Assembly: GCA_013265495.1 (NCBI GenBank)
Contig: MU057947.1
Location: 1,573,070 to 1,637,069, forward strand
Length of the DNA stretch: 64,000 bases
Reading direction: 5' to 3'
DNA from: Vicugna vicugna
Taxonomy: Eukaryota
Both the position numbers and the translations under genes were made by a program. The notes under the pieces were generated by a model. The model did not search any database. It was not told where the DNA came from and worked only from the letters and a program-made list of their open reading frames with translations. This document shows positions 36,901-49,900 of this stretch, in pieces; the stretch's first letter is position 1, and each line of letters begins with the position of its first letter.

Positions 36901-39900
36901 TTTAGACAACACTGACCTTCAGTCTTCCCTGCAGGGAAGCTGAGGTCGGGTGGGCTAGATCTGCGGCCCTGGGCAAGTGGCTCTGTCGGAGCCCTGGGAC
37001 TCCCGGGAGCCTGGTGAGTGTGGGAGGGGTGGAGGCTGTGACAGGGCTCCGAGCCCAGAACCCTTGCCGGAAATTCTCTGTGGAGGTCCCCTCCTGTCTT
37101 TACTGCAGGGGATCTTGTGGAACAGGGACTAGACACCCCAATCATCCAGGCAGCCGTCCCGCTCTCCACTCCCTGCCCGGGTGCACATAGCATCTCTTTG
37201 ACACAGTCTGCCGGTCTATAAAATGGGGCAATAATCCTGACTGGGTCCCTGGTCCATGTGATGACTTCATGAGTCAGAGCTGGAAGCAGGCAGAGAAATG
37301 CCTGGCAGGCGGTCTGCGCTGGGGACATCCGAGGGCCATTGTCGCCTTGGGCATCCTGACACCGGACACCTGCTGTGAGCGCTCCAGCAGCTGGGTCCTT
37401 GTCCCACTGCTGCCTTCCCTCGGCTGGAGTCCTGGAGACGGGGCTGTGTCTGCATCCCCAGAAGGGAACAGGCCCGGCACGGGGTAGGGACTCAGCATCT
37501 GTGTAGCCAGATTGCCGCGTGGGACCCAGTTGTCCAGCGTCACACTAGAGGCGAAGGGCAGTGAGATCAGGTCCCAGCCAGCCCTGGACAAGGGGCTCCA
37601 AGCCGGTCACCCAGGGACTGCCGTCCTGAGCTCACAGGGACTGACCCACTGCCAGGGCTCAGGGTCCCAGAGTCACTCTAGGAGTATTCCACGCGGCTGG
37701 GCCTGAGGTGGCCTCGGGGCAGTGCCAGCGTTGCTCTGCCCCCCAGGCCCCCGGCTCCGCTGATGCATTCACGGCGGGCTCGTTGGTGCCTTTATGGGCA
37801 GTTTCTGTTTCTAAAATATGGTGTAAGTGATGATGCATGTGGCAAGAAATATTTATTATGTGCAGGACCGTTATAAATATTTCTTTTATATCCTAAATAA
37901 AACCTAAAATTCCGGAGCGTTCTGCGGAACTCTTTTATGTCTTCCCATTATGGCCCCGGTCCTGTGATTCAGCCAAAATTTAGTGGCAGGGAACACGAGC
38001 TACAATGGAGCGCTCCGACCCCGGTGGTTGTCAGCACCTGGTGCTGAGAGCAAGTTCCATCGCCCTTGCTCTGAGGAGAGCCCCACTCGGGCAGGAAAGG
38101 CAGACGGGGTGGAGAGGCAGGGATGGCGTCTCAACACATGGGCGGCGGCCACGTAACTCAGTCACTGATGTCTGCGTTTGGCACCGTGGTGGGGCCGGGA
38201 TTTCTCTTTTTGTATCCGAGGGCAGGTGTTGTGGAAAAGACGAGGAAGTTGAGGGAGGAGCGCTTGCAAATCCGTCTGGACCCAGGGAGCATCTCAGTCC
38301 CGTCAGTCTGAGCTGCAGTGCCCAGGGGTGTAGGTCTGCGGCTCTGGGGTTGAGTGTGGGTGCGAGGCAGGCGGAGGAAGCGGGGCGGGTAGCGAAAGGA
38401 TCCATTCCTCCACACGCTTGGCCCGACGGCGGCTCCTGTGGGAGGTGTGGGGGCGCCCGTGCTCCGAGGATTCACAGGCAGACCTGGAGGACGTTCAGAA
38501 AGCGGAGAGGTTGGTGCCGGACGGACGCGGAGGTGAGTCAAGTAACTTCACCCCGGCAGCCGCCGCCGCGCGCTGCCCGCCGCTGTCTGTCCTCTGCGCG
38601 GGCGCGGCGTCCCGTCCGCGCTCCTCTTCCTGGCACCGTCTTCTCGAGGGGAGGTCATCTCCCCAAGGACGGTCCACATCGCACCAAGACTGAGGCCCAA
38701 GAGGGCGACTCAGTGGACAGCTGGCCTGGTACAGAGGTGAGCGTACCCCTGGCTGAAGGCCCCCCGTGTGGGCACAGCACCCATGGGGACGAGGCCTTGC
38801 CTGCTGGGGACGACTTCCTGAGCTCATGAAGGAGGGCCTTGGGGACAAAGGGGGGAATGAGGGCTTGGGCCCCAGGAAGGTTCTCCAGGGGCAGCGGCTG
38901 GGGCCCCAGGAGAGCGGTACCTGCTGGAAGTTGGGCCGTGCATGGGATGCCCTGCCGTTCTTGGGACAGTGAGGATTTTCCCGGTGATGCCGGCCTGGAG
39001 CAAATCCAGGGCCAGGGCCAGGCCTGGCCTGCTGCGCAGGAGCGCCGTGTCAGCCCTCAGCGCCCTACTCCTCTCCCGCACTCACAATGATTCCGGCCAT
39101 CTCTAAACGCCGGCCCTGTGGTTTCAGAGCAGCTGTGGGGAAAGCCGGTCATCCTGCTGTCAGGCGGGCACCTGGACGCCCCGGGCGGGATGGAGATGGA
39201 GTTGTTACCCGACGAGGGCCCCCGCTTTCGGGTTATTCTAGCAGGGCGCCCCGCCCGCGCCAGCTGTGAGCTAGTAGTGATCTCTGATGGGGGAGGGGGC
39301 GGCGCGGTGGAGCAGGGCAGCAGCTGTTGCCCTTCGCAGTGTGCAGACTGAGGGCACGCAGACTGGGAGCGTCGGGCTGCGGGGACTGCTGGAAGTAATT
39401 TATATTTCAGGGCAGTCCCGGCCGGCGCCGCAGATCAACGCACCGCCTGACCCAAGTGCACGTGGAAGCCCCGGCCCGTGTGCTCAGTGAACAGGGAGCC
39501 ACACGCGGCTCGTCGGCTTGACATTCCTGCACGCGGGGCTGGAGGTGAGCTGAGCCAGGGACGCGGGCCACTTCCAGCCACCCCTTCTCTTTCCTGGAGT
39601 GAGAGGCTGCCAGCCTGAGCCATGGGGACCTGAGCCTGAGGGACAGAATGCAGGGCAGGGACTGGATGACAACGTTCCCCGTGACTAGATCAAGTCAGAC
39701 GTGACCTGGGCTCGGGATCAGAGCTCAGAGATGAGACGGCAGCACGGCCAGTGACCGGCGGGATGTGTCCCCTACGGGATGGAAAGCATTTGTGCATCTG
39801 AAAAATGAGGGGCGAGTGAGGGGAGGAACTGGGAGAGAAGGGGGCAAAAACCCACGGTGATGATTTACCTGCCGTCCAGAGTGGAGACTGGGCAAGATGA

Positions 39901-40864
39901 CCTCGAGGCCCCGGGGAAGGCTGTCCCGCCGCAGGGGTGGACGCGCAGCCCCCGTGCCTCTGGCGGCTGACTCACACCCTAGAGAGGCTGCTGCACCCGC
40001 ACCAGGAGCCTGGCGCTCCTGAGGACGGCCGCCCCGCGGGTCCCCACCCCGCCCCGTGCTGGGGGTTCTGCCTCCCTGTCCCGTGGGATGGGCACCCGCT
40101 CCCACCTGTGCCCGTCCAGCCCCAACTCCGCTCCCTGCATGGGAGCCTCCCCCTGACTGGCCTCACTGAGCACACATCCCCTGGACCTCTGTCCCTGCCA
40201 CGTCCCCTCTGTGACCCCACGTATTGGCCGTGTCATTCCTTGGCCCCTGTCATTGCCTCTGCATTCCCTGCCCCAGCGCCAGGTTCCCAGAGGGTGGGGC
40301 CACGTCTGTTTCCTGCCTGGCACCTCCTGGTGACTCACCATTATCTGTGGGACAAATGAATGGACGCGGTCATCTGGCAGCGTGGCCGTCCTCTGCCCAG
40401 GCAGGTGCATGATGGGCTGTGGAGAGGCCCCTTGTCTACGGCATGGTTTCAGCCACTGCATGTCTGTGCCTCCTGAGGGGGGCTGGGGGCGGGGTCTTGA
40501 GATGCATCAGACTTGCCCTCGAGGGGTCACCCATGCTGGGCTGTGGACGCTGTGGGCAGCTCCCCAGAGCAGACCTTCCTCCCCATCGTCTGAGACTCTG
40601 CGGAGCTGTTCCTGCCGTCCCCACCCTCTCTGTTCCTCCCCAACAAAACGCCCAACAGCGCGCCCAACACTGCGCCTTCGCTGGCAGCGTCTGGGTCTGC
40701 AGTAGCCGCCCCATCACTGGACGACCTCCGCCCGTCCGCGCGCTGCCGTCTCCCGCAGGGCCTGGTCTGAAGATGCACAGTAAGTGTTGAACCTCTGAGT
40801 GAGTGAAGCCGGTATGACCATGTCCCGCGGCGGCCAGAGCCCTCAGTGCCCTGGGACGGGGCCA

Positions 40865-41050
40865 GGGTTGGGAGTGGTCTAGAGCGCGGCTTCCAGACTC
40901 ACAGACCTCTGCGCGGTCCTGCCTGTGCCGCGGCCTGGGGTTTCTTCGGGCAAATTGCTCGCCCTTGGTAACAACGGGACGAGCCCACCTTGGGGGCTGT
41001 TGAGGGGACCCAGTGAGGCCCTGAGCCAACGCCTGGCACACAGGAGGCGG
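40865..41050 (+). mobile_element. MIR remnant, GC-shifted
   Basis: gagtggtctagagcgcggctt...gggcaaattgct...gggctgttgaggg...gcctggcacacaggaggc. Confidence 0.5.
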
Positions 41051-41352
41051 TCACGACATCGGCCCCTGGGGTCAGTGCTTCCATCACTTACCCACAAAGC
41101 GTCCTGGGCCCTTGGAGCCAGGAGCTCGCCCCAGGGTCCAGCGGCTCTGAGCCGCAGGGGCTCAGAACGCACCCCATTTCGCTGCAGGGCTGCGTCCATG
41201 CTGGGAGGAGCCCCGCGAGGCTGCATCCTCTCCAGGTCCTGGCCCGGCAGGTCTCACAGCACCCCCCACACTCTACCGTTGGAGGCAGACTCAGGCCTCC
41301 GCCCAGACTGCACCCCCCGTGTCAGGAAGGTAAGACGAGCCTGAGGGATGGG

Positions 41353-41354
<2 letters not shown>

Positions 41355-41396
<42 letters not shown>
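41355..41396. repeat. (GT)21 microsatellite
   Basis: Perfect dinucleotide run. Confidence 0.97.
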
Positions 41397-41397
<1 letters not shown>

Positions 41398-44362
41398 GCG
41401 GGGCAATCTGGGGGAACAGGATCTGCCACAAAACCACCAGAGTGGAGAGGACACTGCTCAGCCCTGTGCCTGGAGAAAGCACACTGGGTCTTCGGCGCGG
41501 CCCTGTCTCCGGCTCTCCCACCTCAGCGAGGAGCGCAGGTTCCTTGAGGATAAAACCATTTTTCAGTGTAATGCAATTATTAAAGATTGCTTCTTGCAAA
41601 ATAGAAAACAGAGGTAGAGAGGGGTCGTGTCACACAACAAACATCTCCAGGATTCCGCTCGCCTCAGGTTCCCCTCCCCCGACCAGCTGTCCCAGCCCCC
41701 ACCCCGCTCCCCAGCCGTTCTCTGCCCACCGCACCCGCCGCCCGCCGCCCTGCCCCTTCGTTTATGATTGTAACGTCGAGCACAGTGGTTTTTAAAACGC
41801 TTTTTAAAAACATTTTTTCGCGGCAGTGGCCCCCCTGCAAAACCGCTACTTCATTATCTGACAGCCCTTTCGTGAGTCATCAGGCGGCCTTGACCCCGTC
41901 CACACTTGAAATGCACTATGGGAAAAGTACAAACGAAGTTTAAGTATTTGGGGGAAAAAGACACCGGCACAGCTTCGCTCACTTGATGACTTGTTTGAAG
42001 CAGAGCCTTCAAATGAAGCAACAAGGAAGTAAACAGAAGAGACGATTAACACTTAATAAGAAAATGGACTTTCAGCCGACGGAGGATGAGAAATGTGTCA
42101 CAGCCGCTGATGAAGGAGTGCCTGGAACGGATCCTGGGGTCCATCCTCCTTGTTCACACCAGCGGACAGGTCAAAAGCTCCATTCTGATCACGACTGCTC
42201 TGGGCCAGTAAGGCCCGGGTCCCAGGCCCCCCACCTGCCTTCTGAGGTTCCTTCCTGAAGGGCTGGGGGCCATGGAAGGAGATCACAGAAGGTGAGCTCT
42301 CCAAGGGACATCTGCCCTAAGCAAGAAGTTCTAAGATGCTGAGGAAGTGATGGACATGGCATCACTGAGAAGGACTTGAGAACTGGCAGGTGGAGAGATG
42401 AGGGGGCACTGCGCACCCAGGGTCCACAGACTAGGACCCACCTGTGGGTGCTGCGTGGCAGGGTAGCTGGCAGGAGGGCACGGTCTGGAGAAGGGGTTCT
42501 TGTCTGGGGACACAGAGGGGAGAGACGCAAAGGGAGGGGTCGGGGTCACGGGGGACCAAGGCCAGAGACACGTCCCCCTGAAGCCCTGGCCCCTGGGGCA
42601 TGGGGGAGGGTTAATCCAACCATCGGGGGCAGAGTGGCCGTCTCCTCTCCCAGTGCTCACCTCGTCCTTGAACTGGATGTGATGCTGACTGATTGTCATG
42701 TCTCACTTTCCCATGGATTTTTTTTTAAAGAGAAGATGGCAAATGAGGTTTATTTTTTTCCTCCACTTTTCACCCATTTTTCCACCCGCCGCCCGCCTCT
42801 GGCTACCACAGATCCGTGGTTAGTTTCCAGCTGTTTTAACAGCTCACTACTGAGTTAACCCGAGCTATGTTAGCGGCGTTCAAAATGGGAGCGAAATGTG
42901 CAGAAATTAGAGGAAGTTACCATTTCGAAGGAATCTTAGTCTATTGTGTTTCTGTAATAACTTAAAATAGATACAGAAGACTGAGAAGTGGTGCCTTCCT
43001 TCTGCAGCCCTGAAAAGGGGCAGCGTCTGAAATACAGTCCAGGTGCACAGGTGAACCAGCTTTTCTCCGAACTCACGCTTCTCCTTGGAATCCAGTCCAG
43101 TCAGAATCCGGGTGCCTTTCCACCTCCTACCACATGCCGATCGGTAAGTGGCAGGTGTGCACATCTGGGGGTTCTCTGTCTGGCTATCTGCAAGTTTAAA
43201 TCGTGTAATTTTCTTAGATCCAAAAATCACAGCTACGTGAACTAAAATGTAAGCTTCCAAGCACTTCTGTGAGAGCAGAAGTGCCTAGAAACTTCCCCAC
43301 AGGCCGGCAGCATCTGGGTGTTTCTAAGCACCAGGGTTACGGAAGTTTTCACATTGCATCCAGCACAGAAGCTAGCGTAGGGGTGCACGACCCCCCGTGT
43401 CCCCCTGCTGACGGCACCTCCGGTGTCAGTCTGCATCCTCCTGAGCCCTGGACGGCCGCACTTCGAGCGTGATGACGGCGGTGATGGCGGTGAAGATGGC
43501 GGTCCTGATGCTGACGGCGAGTGATGGCCCTTCAACAGGGCTGACATGGAGTTTAACGGAGCGGTGACGAGGGACGCAGGAACAGTTCAGGGAGTTGGAG
43601 ACACGGCAGAGCTCCTGGGGCCTCCCCACTCCAAGCCAGGGCCCACTGTGCTGCAAGATGAAGGGAAAACTGGGCCGGGGGCGGGGGAGCACATGCCCCA
43701 AGCTCTCTCTTCCCACCCTCCCCACCGACAGAGCCACCTGGAAGCCAGGGGAAGGAAGCCCCACATAGCCGAGGTGTGCAGGGGCTCCTGGGCCATGGGC
43801 AGGGGCCAGGTCTTGGGAAGTGGACCCCCAGCCTCTTCGTAGGTTGACCTGCTGAGTGAGAATCAGGTGGCAAGGGAAAGATGCGGCTGATGTCCTCAGG
43901 ACCAGGACGGCGCACCGGGTCCCTGGGTGCTGAGAGCTCTTCTGGGGGCTCATGGGGCATCGGTGTTCCCACACTCTGTGACAGCCTCGCCATCACCCAC
44001 CTCCCAAGCCCCCAGCAGCTGGCCCCTCATGAACCCTCTCCCCTACAGATCAGTGTGGATTTGTGCCTGGGGCCACCTCCCCCTTCACAGTGGATAACAC
44101 TGTTTCCAGTACCGTCATTTTGAACAGCTCACCACAGAGACTCTCCAGTCACCAGTGCTTTCAGGGCCTCTCCGGACCAGGACTGCCCTAGGGCACACAG
44201 TGAGGTCAGACCACTCATCCAGGCTGCACCTGCCTCCTAGGCTACGGGTCGCTAGCAGTTGGCGGGGGTGGAGCTGGGGGCGAGGGAGGCGTCCAAGAGG
44301 GGGCGTGGGTTTGCTGGTGCCTTCCAGACAGGCCCAGACCTGGCTGTGATCTTTCCATTTTA

Positions 44363-44774
44363 CTTTTCTTTTTTTTTAATTTTTTCCATGTCAGTGAGTC
44401 TGTCTCTATTTTGTAAATAAGTCCATTTGTCTTTCTTTTTTTTAGATTCCACATATGAGTGATAGCATATGATATTTTTCTTTTTCTTTCTGGCTTCACT
44501 TAGTATGACAATCTCCAGGTCCACCCATGTTGCTGCACGTGGCATTATTTTATTCCTTTTTATGACCAAGTAGTATTCCACTGTATAAACACACCACAGC
44601 TTCTTTAGCCAATCCTCTGTTGATGGACATTGAGGTTGCTTCCGTGTCTTGGCTGTTGTAAATAGTGCTGCTGTGAACACTGGGGTGTATGTACCTTTTT
44701 GAATTAGAGTTCCCTCCAGTTATATGCCCAGGATTGGGACTGCTGGATCCCAGGGTAAGTCTGTGTTCAGTCAG
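44363..44774 (-). mobile_element. LINE-1 fragment (ORF2 end + start of 3' UTR) with A tail and 13-bp TSD
   Basis: ORF 44360..44680 gives MFTAALFTTAKTRKQPQCPSTEDWLKKLW...ATWVDLEIVILSE (L1 ORF2 end). TCTTTCCATTTTA at 44350-44362 and 44775-44787. Confidence 0.93.
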
Positions 44775-45906
44775 TCTTTCCATTTTAAATGATACACCTC
44801 CGTACATGGCCAGTGTTATGCTGGGGAATCAGACAACAGCTCACGGGGGCAATTCTGGCTGCAGACGCTAGTGTCCTAGGGTCTGGTGGTCAGCCCCCAC
44901 CAGGGCAAGAGGCAAGCCAGCTGGCTTTTCAGATGGGTGCTCTGGATGGCAGGAGAGGGCACTGGCTTTGTGCAAAACCCCAGGGGTCACCGGAAGCTCT
45001 TTACTGCAGCTCCCGCAGGGCCCGGCCCAAGCCTCCCCTGCCCCCCCTTCCACCAACGTCTCTTGGAAGTTTCGGGCAGAGTGCGTCCAAGGAGACATCG
45101 CCACTGGGGTGACCTTCCCAGCACCCCGGAGGGTGTGTCGCCAGCAGCTCCTGCCAGCGTCTCTGCCTTTCGCTCTCAGCCACAGCCCTGCCCTCTCCAG
45201 CGGGTCCAGATCTCTGTGCGGGGGGCGGGGAAGGGAGGGCACTTTGCATGGATGCTTCCCTGAGCTGCAGTGGGGGTGGGGACAGCCGCTTCTCTGTCTA
45301 TGGGTCCCAAGTGCTCCAGATGTGCCTCTGCTCACCACCCTCATGGCTCAAATCGCCGTCAGAGGTAGGCATTCTTCCTGTCGAATTTCTTGCTTCCAGT
45401 CACAAGGTAGGGTCTGTCTCCCGACTGGACCCTGTCGGATCCGAGTCAGCACTTGCTCTCCCAGAGCCTGTCCCCTGCAGCACTGGCCGTGGGCGCCCAG
45501 CCCCACTGGGTCGTGGCCTGAACCGGAGCGACGGCTTGGAACCCACAGAGGCCACCAGCATGGAAGGTAACGGGTAACGACACGGGCATTAAGACCAGGG
45601 TGTACCCCATAAAGAGAGCATCTCACTCTGCCCACTTATGTCCTAACCTTTGTGGCAAAAAGTGTTCTTGTAGGAACTGGCTGATGAGAAAGAAGGCAGG
45701 TGAGGAGGAGGTGCCACTGTGTGCGGGGGACACAGACAGCGTATCTGAGTAGGGGCTCCATGGACCTGAAGCTGACGAACAGATGCTCGGTGATTTACAG
45801 AAAACGATGAATTAGCCAAACATCGGTCCACTCGGGACCAGGAGCTTGAAAAGCAAGGTTTCTACCTGGGGAGCGCTTTCCCAGCCTGGTGCACCGCCAC
45901 AAACGC

Positions 45907-46058
45907 TTTTATTTTATTTATTTTATTTGGGGTGGGGAGGTCTTTAGGTTTATTTATTTATTTATTATTTGTTTCTTTTTAACGGAGACACTGGGGATTG
46001 AGCCCAGGGCCTCGTGTGTGCTAAGCTTGTGCTCTACTCCTGAGCTACACCCTCCCCC
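45907..46058 (-). mobile_element. tRNA-derived SINE of the camelid Vic-1 type
   Basis: Minus strand reads GGGGAGGGTGTAGCTCAGGAGTAGAGCACAAGCTTAGCACACACGAGGCCCTGGGCTCAATCCCCAGTGTCTCC...AATAAATAAATAAACCTAAAGACCTCCCCACCCCAAATAAAATAAATAAAATAAAA: Pol III A and B boxes, bipartite A-rich tail. Matches the recalled Vic-1 consensus. Confidence 0.88.
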
Positions 46059-46149
46059 CTTCATCATCAATGTTTTTATGAATCTTTCAAAGTAGAGTAT
46101 CTTTAGTCGAAACGCAATTTTGTTGCTTTTGTTGGAAGTCTAAGCCACA

Positions 46150-46837
46150 GAAATACACTCGTTTAAAATATTTATTAATTAAAAAAAATTTAAAATTTTT
46201 ATACAAAGATGATGAGAAAAATCTCATGCAAACTCTGGACATATGAGAAAAAAATAACTCAAAGAGTAATCGGATGATTTTGTACAAAATAATCCTTTTG
46301 TAAGTGGGAGCCCCCCACAGGCAGCACAGCCCCTTCTCCAGGCCTGACGCCCCCGGGGATGGGGTGACCACCCTTTGGCCTGCGGGTGGTGCGTGGTCCA
46401 TGTGTCAGGTGGCCACTGGTGTCACTATGGTGATGACGAATAGCCTACGCTACTACTCAGAAAACTAGACCGCGACGCGGGGACCCCGGCCAGGATGTCC
46501 CAACGGCATGGAGCTCCTGAAGACCCGAAGGAACTGGCGAAGGTTTTCAGAAGTTTCAGATAATCGGCTTGACTCATGAAAACGCGTTGAGACGGTGAGA
46601 GATGGCGCCCGTTTCTGCTGAGCTACGAACCTGCAGTGGATTTGTAGTCTGTCTATGTTACAAGTAATTTGCATAATTAAAACAATTAAGGGATCGACGT
46701 ACCATGGCGATTGGAAACGCATCAAACTCTGAACGTGGTACAAAAGGGAGCTTCAATATGAAACAGTAATCCTCTGAGAAGGAAGCCCACGGGCCCCCTC
46801 GCTCGGCGACTCTCAGCCTTATTGCCTCTGTGCACAC
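46150..46837 (-). other. TCERG1L: TCERG1L 3' UTR (~680 nt; end approximate)
   Basis: Runs from the stop codon to the first minus-strand AATAAA (46176-46171), followed by a GU/U-rich tract. The cleavage site is inferred. Confidence 0.75.
46171..46176 (-). terminator. Polyadenylation signal AATAAA of TCERG1L
   Basis: Plus-strand tttatt at 46171-46176. UGUA elements upstream on the mRNA (~46202-46205, ~46283-46286) and GU-rich gagtgtatttctgtggctt downstream. Confidence 0.8.
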
Positions 46838-46994
46838 TCATCTCATTTTCCGTAGCCTGAGTCTGTTCTCCTTGTCCCGCTTCTTGAGAACAAGTATGAA
46901 TTGGTTAAAAAAATGCTCCTGGTCCTTCCTTTTCTGGACAAGTCGAAACCTCTGGTCCCGGCCGTACTTCTCAGCAAACTCCTTAAACGTGGTC
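46838..46994 (-). CDS. TCERG1L: TCERG1L last coding exon (157 nt including TGA), (R)[51 protein letters not shown], second FF domain and C-terminus
   Basis: Acceptor ctgcttgtctttcag|G, phase matches the upstream exon, TGA at 46840-46838. The C-terminus [10 protein letters not shown] matches recalled TCERG1L; TCERG1 continues with more FF repeats instead. Confidence 0.97.
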
Positions 46995-49900
46995 CTGAAA
47001 GACAAGCAGCGTCCTGAGACCCCTTCCCGGAGAGCGGGTCCGGGTGCTCTGCGCCCCGCGTGCCCGCGTGCTCGGGGTTGGGGCTGCATCCCCCAGAGCC
47101 AGCAGCTGGCTGCAGGGCCCGGGGAGCAGGACACTCGGGCAGGTGGACGAGCAGAAGGGAAGAGCGCTGGGCCCCGACACCTGTCCCACCTCACTCCCTA
47201 TGTAACCTGCGGACCTGCCACCTCTGCGTCCAACCGGCCTCTGGAAATGAGCCTGGCCTCACCTGCCCCTCGGGCCCCGTCTCAGCCCGAGCCCCCCTGG
47301 CCGCCTGCGTCGCTGCTCGGCCACACAGGCCTTCCTCCATCCCCTGCCCTCGCCGAGCCCCAGTCTGCCGTGGTCTTTGCGTGTGCTAGCTCCTCTGCCT
47401 GGCACACCCTTCCGTATTTCCTCACCTGTCCCTGAAAGCCTTCTCATTCTCAGAAGCCAGGACCAGCCTGTCTTCTTCGGGAAACGCGCCTTGTCTAGAG
47501 GGTCAGGGAACTGGGCTCACCCTCGCACAGCCTTCATCACAGGCGTCATCTCCAGGAGCCTTACCTGCGCAGGTTGCCCTCCTCCCTCTGCTCGCTAGAG
47601 CAAGCATGTCACCTGCCCGGTTTTCTGTGGACCGTCCTGAGCGTCCAGCCCAGCGGCCGGGCACCTGCTAAGCTCCCAGATGCTGACTGAGTGAATCCAT
47701 GATCGACAGGCCCGGGGTCCCCGTCAGAAACTCCAGTGAAGCCAGCCAGGCCAGGCGAGGGAGCGGGGCAGCTCAAAGGACAAACGGTGGAAGCAGCTTT
47801 GCGGGACGAATGGACCTTTGCCAGCACCGGGTCCCCAGGCTCCCTCTCCTCCCAGGCCTGAGCTCCGAGCCGGGGACTGTGACAGCTCCAGGCGCAGGGG
47901 CCCCGAGGAGCCCGGTCTCCCCAGCCTGCCCCTGCCCGAGCCGCCCTCGTGGGGAGCTGGGGCCGGAGCTGCTCGCCCTGCCCCAGGGGTGCCTCTCACG
48001 CCTCCCGTTTATCTTTGCGGAGAGTTTTGTATTTCACTGCAGCTATTCAGTTGTTGTGTTCAGTTATTATAACTTAAAAGTTCTTCTTTATACATGAACA
48101 ATGAGATTACACTGACAGGGCTGTTAGGAAACAGGACGGTAATTAGCGGTCACATCCCCACCACTGTCACTCACGTCGCCTCAGTCCTTCCTGACCAGCA
48201 CGGCCGCCTCCTGTCACCCGCAGACCTGCCGGGGCCCCCCTCCAGGGTCCTGTCACCCTCCAGGGTCCTGCTGCTCCCCCACATCTTGGAGAGAAAACAC
48301 TCCTCTCTGCTTTTCGACCTCCTCCCTCCCTCCCTCTCTCCCCGCTCCCCACCCGTCCCCACCTCCTTCCGTGATGTCACAATCCCCGCGAGATGCGGCC
48401 AGCGCACACTTATTTGAGCTTCCATCACTGATCTGCGTGGGAAAAGTAAGACATGGAGGGTCACTGGGGGCCCGTTATTTCGGTCCCGTCTGAGGAAGCC
48501 TAAGCATTTTTAAGCAGCGCCTGGGCCGAGCCCCTTCTAGGTAGGTCCTACCCTGGGCACCGCTAAAAAGTGTCCCGGAGAAGGAAAGAGAACGAAGGCT
48601 CTGTGGCTCCTTAGCCACCCCCCGGGGGCAGCCTGGCTTACCGCTGACCCTGGGGGACCATCCAGGGAGCCGGGAAGTCCTCTGAGTCCCTGGCACTGGG
48701 TCTCCCTTTCCCGGGGTGACTAGGAGCGTGGCTGCCCGCGGCTGAAGGATGTGGCCGCTGTGACCAGAGTGCCCATCCCACAGCCTGCCGCGCACGCAGC
48801 TCAAGACCAGGTCCCCAGAGGCTCCTCCCTCCTTCCCGAGACCCCGAGAGCTGGGCAGGGCTGGGAGCTGGCCCTGGCCTACCACTGCGGCCAGGATCAG
48901 AGCCAGCATGGCTGGAGGTGTGGCCACAGACACTGAGGCACCTGCCCTGAACCCGCTGGCGGCCCGCGGGCGGCGCCCAGAATGCACAAGGACACCTGTG
49001 CAATGGCAGGAAGGAAACGGAGCGGGGATCTTGAAAGGGCTTTGAACGGTTGCCAAACTAGCCACCTTTGAAATAAAAACGGTTTTATAATTATAAAAGT
49101 AATAGACTCCCAGTGTACATTTAAAAAAAATAGCCAGCAGTTAAATCCAACTTCAAAGCAGAGTAAGTTTCCCTCTCTCCTCGTTTCTACCACTCATTTT
49201 CCCCAGTTGCCCCCATGTTCTGCGTACTTGTCCTTTGCCTTCATGATACATTCATGGAGGGGATACACGCCTTACGGTTAACGCTTTACCAGTGGACAGA
49301 CAGAGAACACAGCTGAGTGTCTTCAGTGGGAGCCCCAGGACCAATGGTGAGACCCCTGCTGGGCCTGCCAGGCCCCCCGTGTCTCGCCCACACTCCTAGT
49401 CGCCTGTGAGGCGAGGCAGCTGTCCCGCGGGCGAGGACCCGGAGCTGTGAGGGTCCCAGTGCCTCACTCCGCGGCCGAGGCCAAGGAGGGGCAGGCCGTG
49501 CTGTGCTCTGAGCTGGAGGCTCCAGAAGCTTCTCCCTCCGCCCTGGGCTCACCGTGCTGGGGGCAGAGCAAGCCCCAGCTGCACCCCAGCGTTCTCATAG
49601 GAGGTCGCCTTTCACAAACCATTAGACCCACGTTTGCTTTTCTAGGTTCACATTTGGTGACGGGGGTAATTCACACCAATTTCTCCTGTCCATACAGTAC
49701 CTATCCTTCACACAGCTGGAGGTGTTTTATCAGGACTATGGGACCAACACTAAGGTACATGACCCAGTCAATGCCAGGCGAATTAACCAGTTACCGATCA
49801 AAATGTAGATGCCTGCACACTGTGTAGGGAGCAAACGTCAGTTAATGTCTGTTTACATATAACTTATTTATGCATTGTTATTGAAAACGCACAGTGTCAG

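Noticed and set aside
45980..46058. tRNA gene
   Set aside because: The tRNA-like head is followed by a SINE body and A-rich tail, and there is no intact cloverleaf.
46995..47194. N-terminal extension of the last-exon ORF (MRWDRC...)
   Set aside because: Intronic open frame upstream of a canonical acceptor; homology starts at the splice site.
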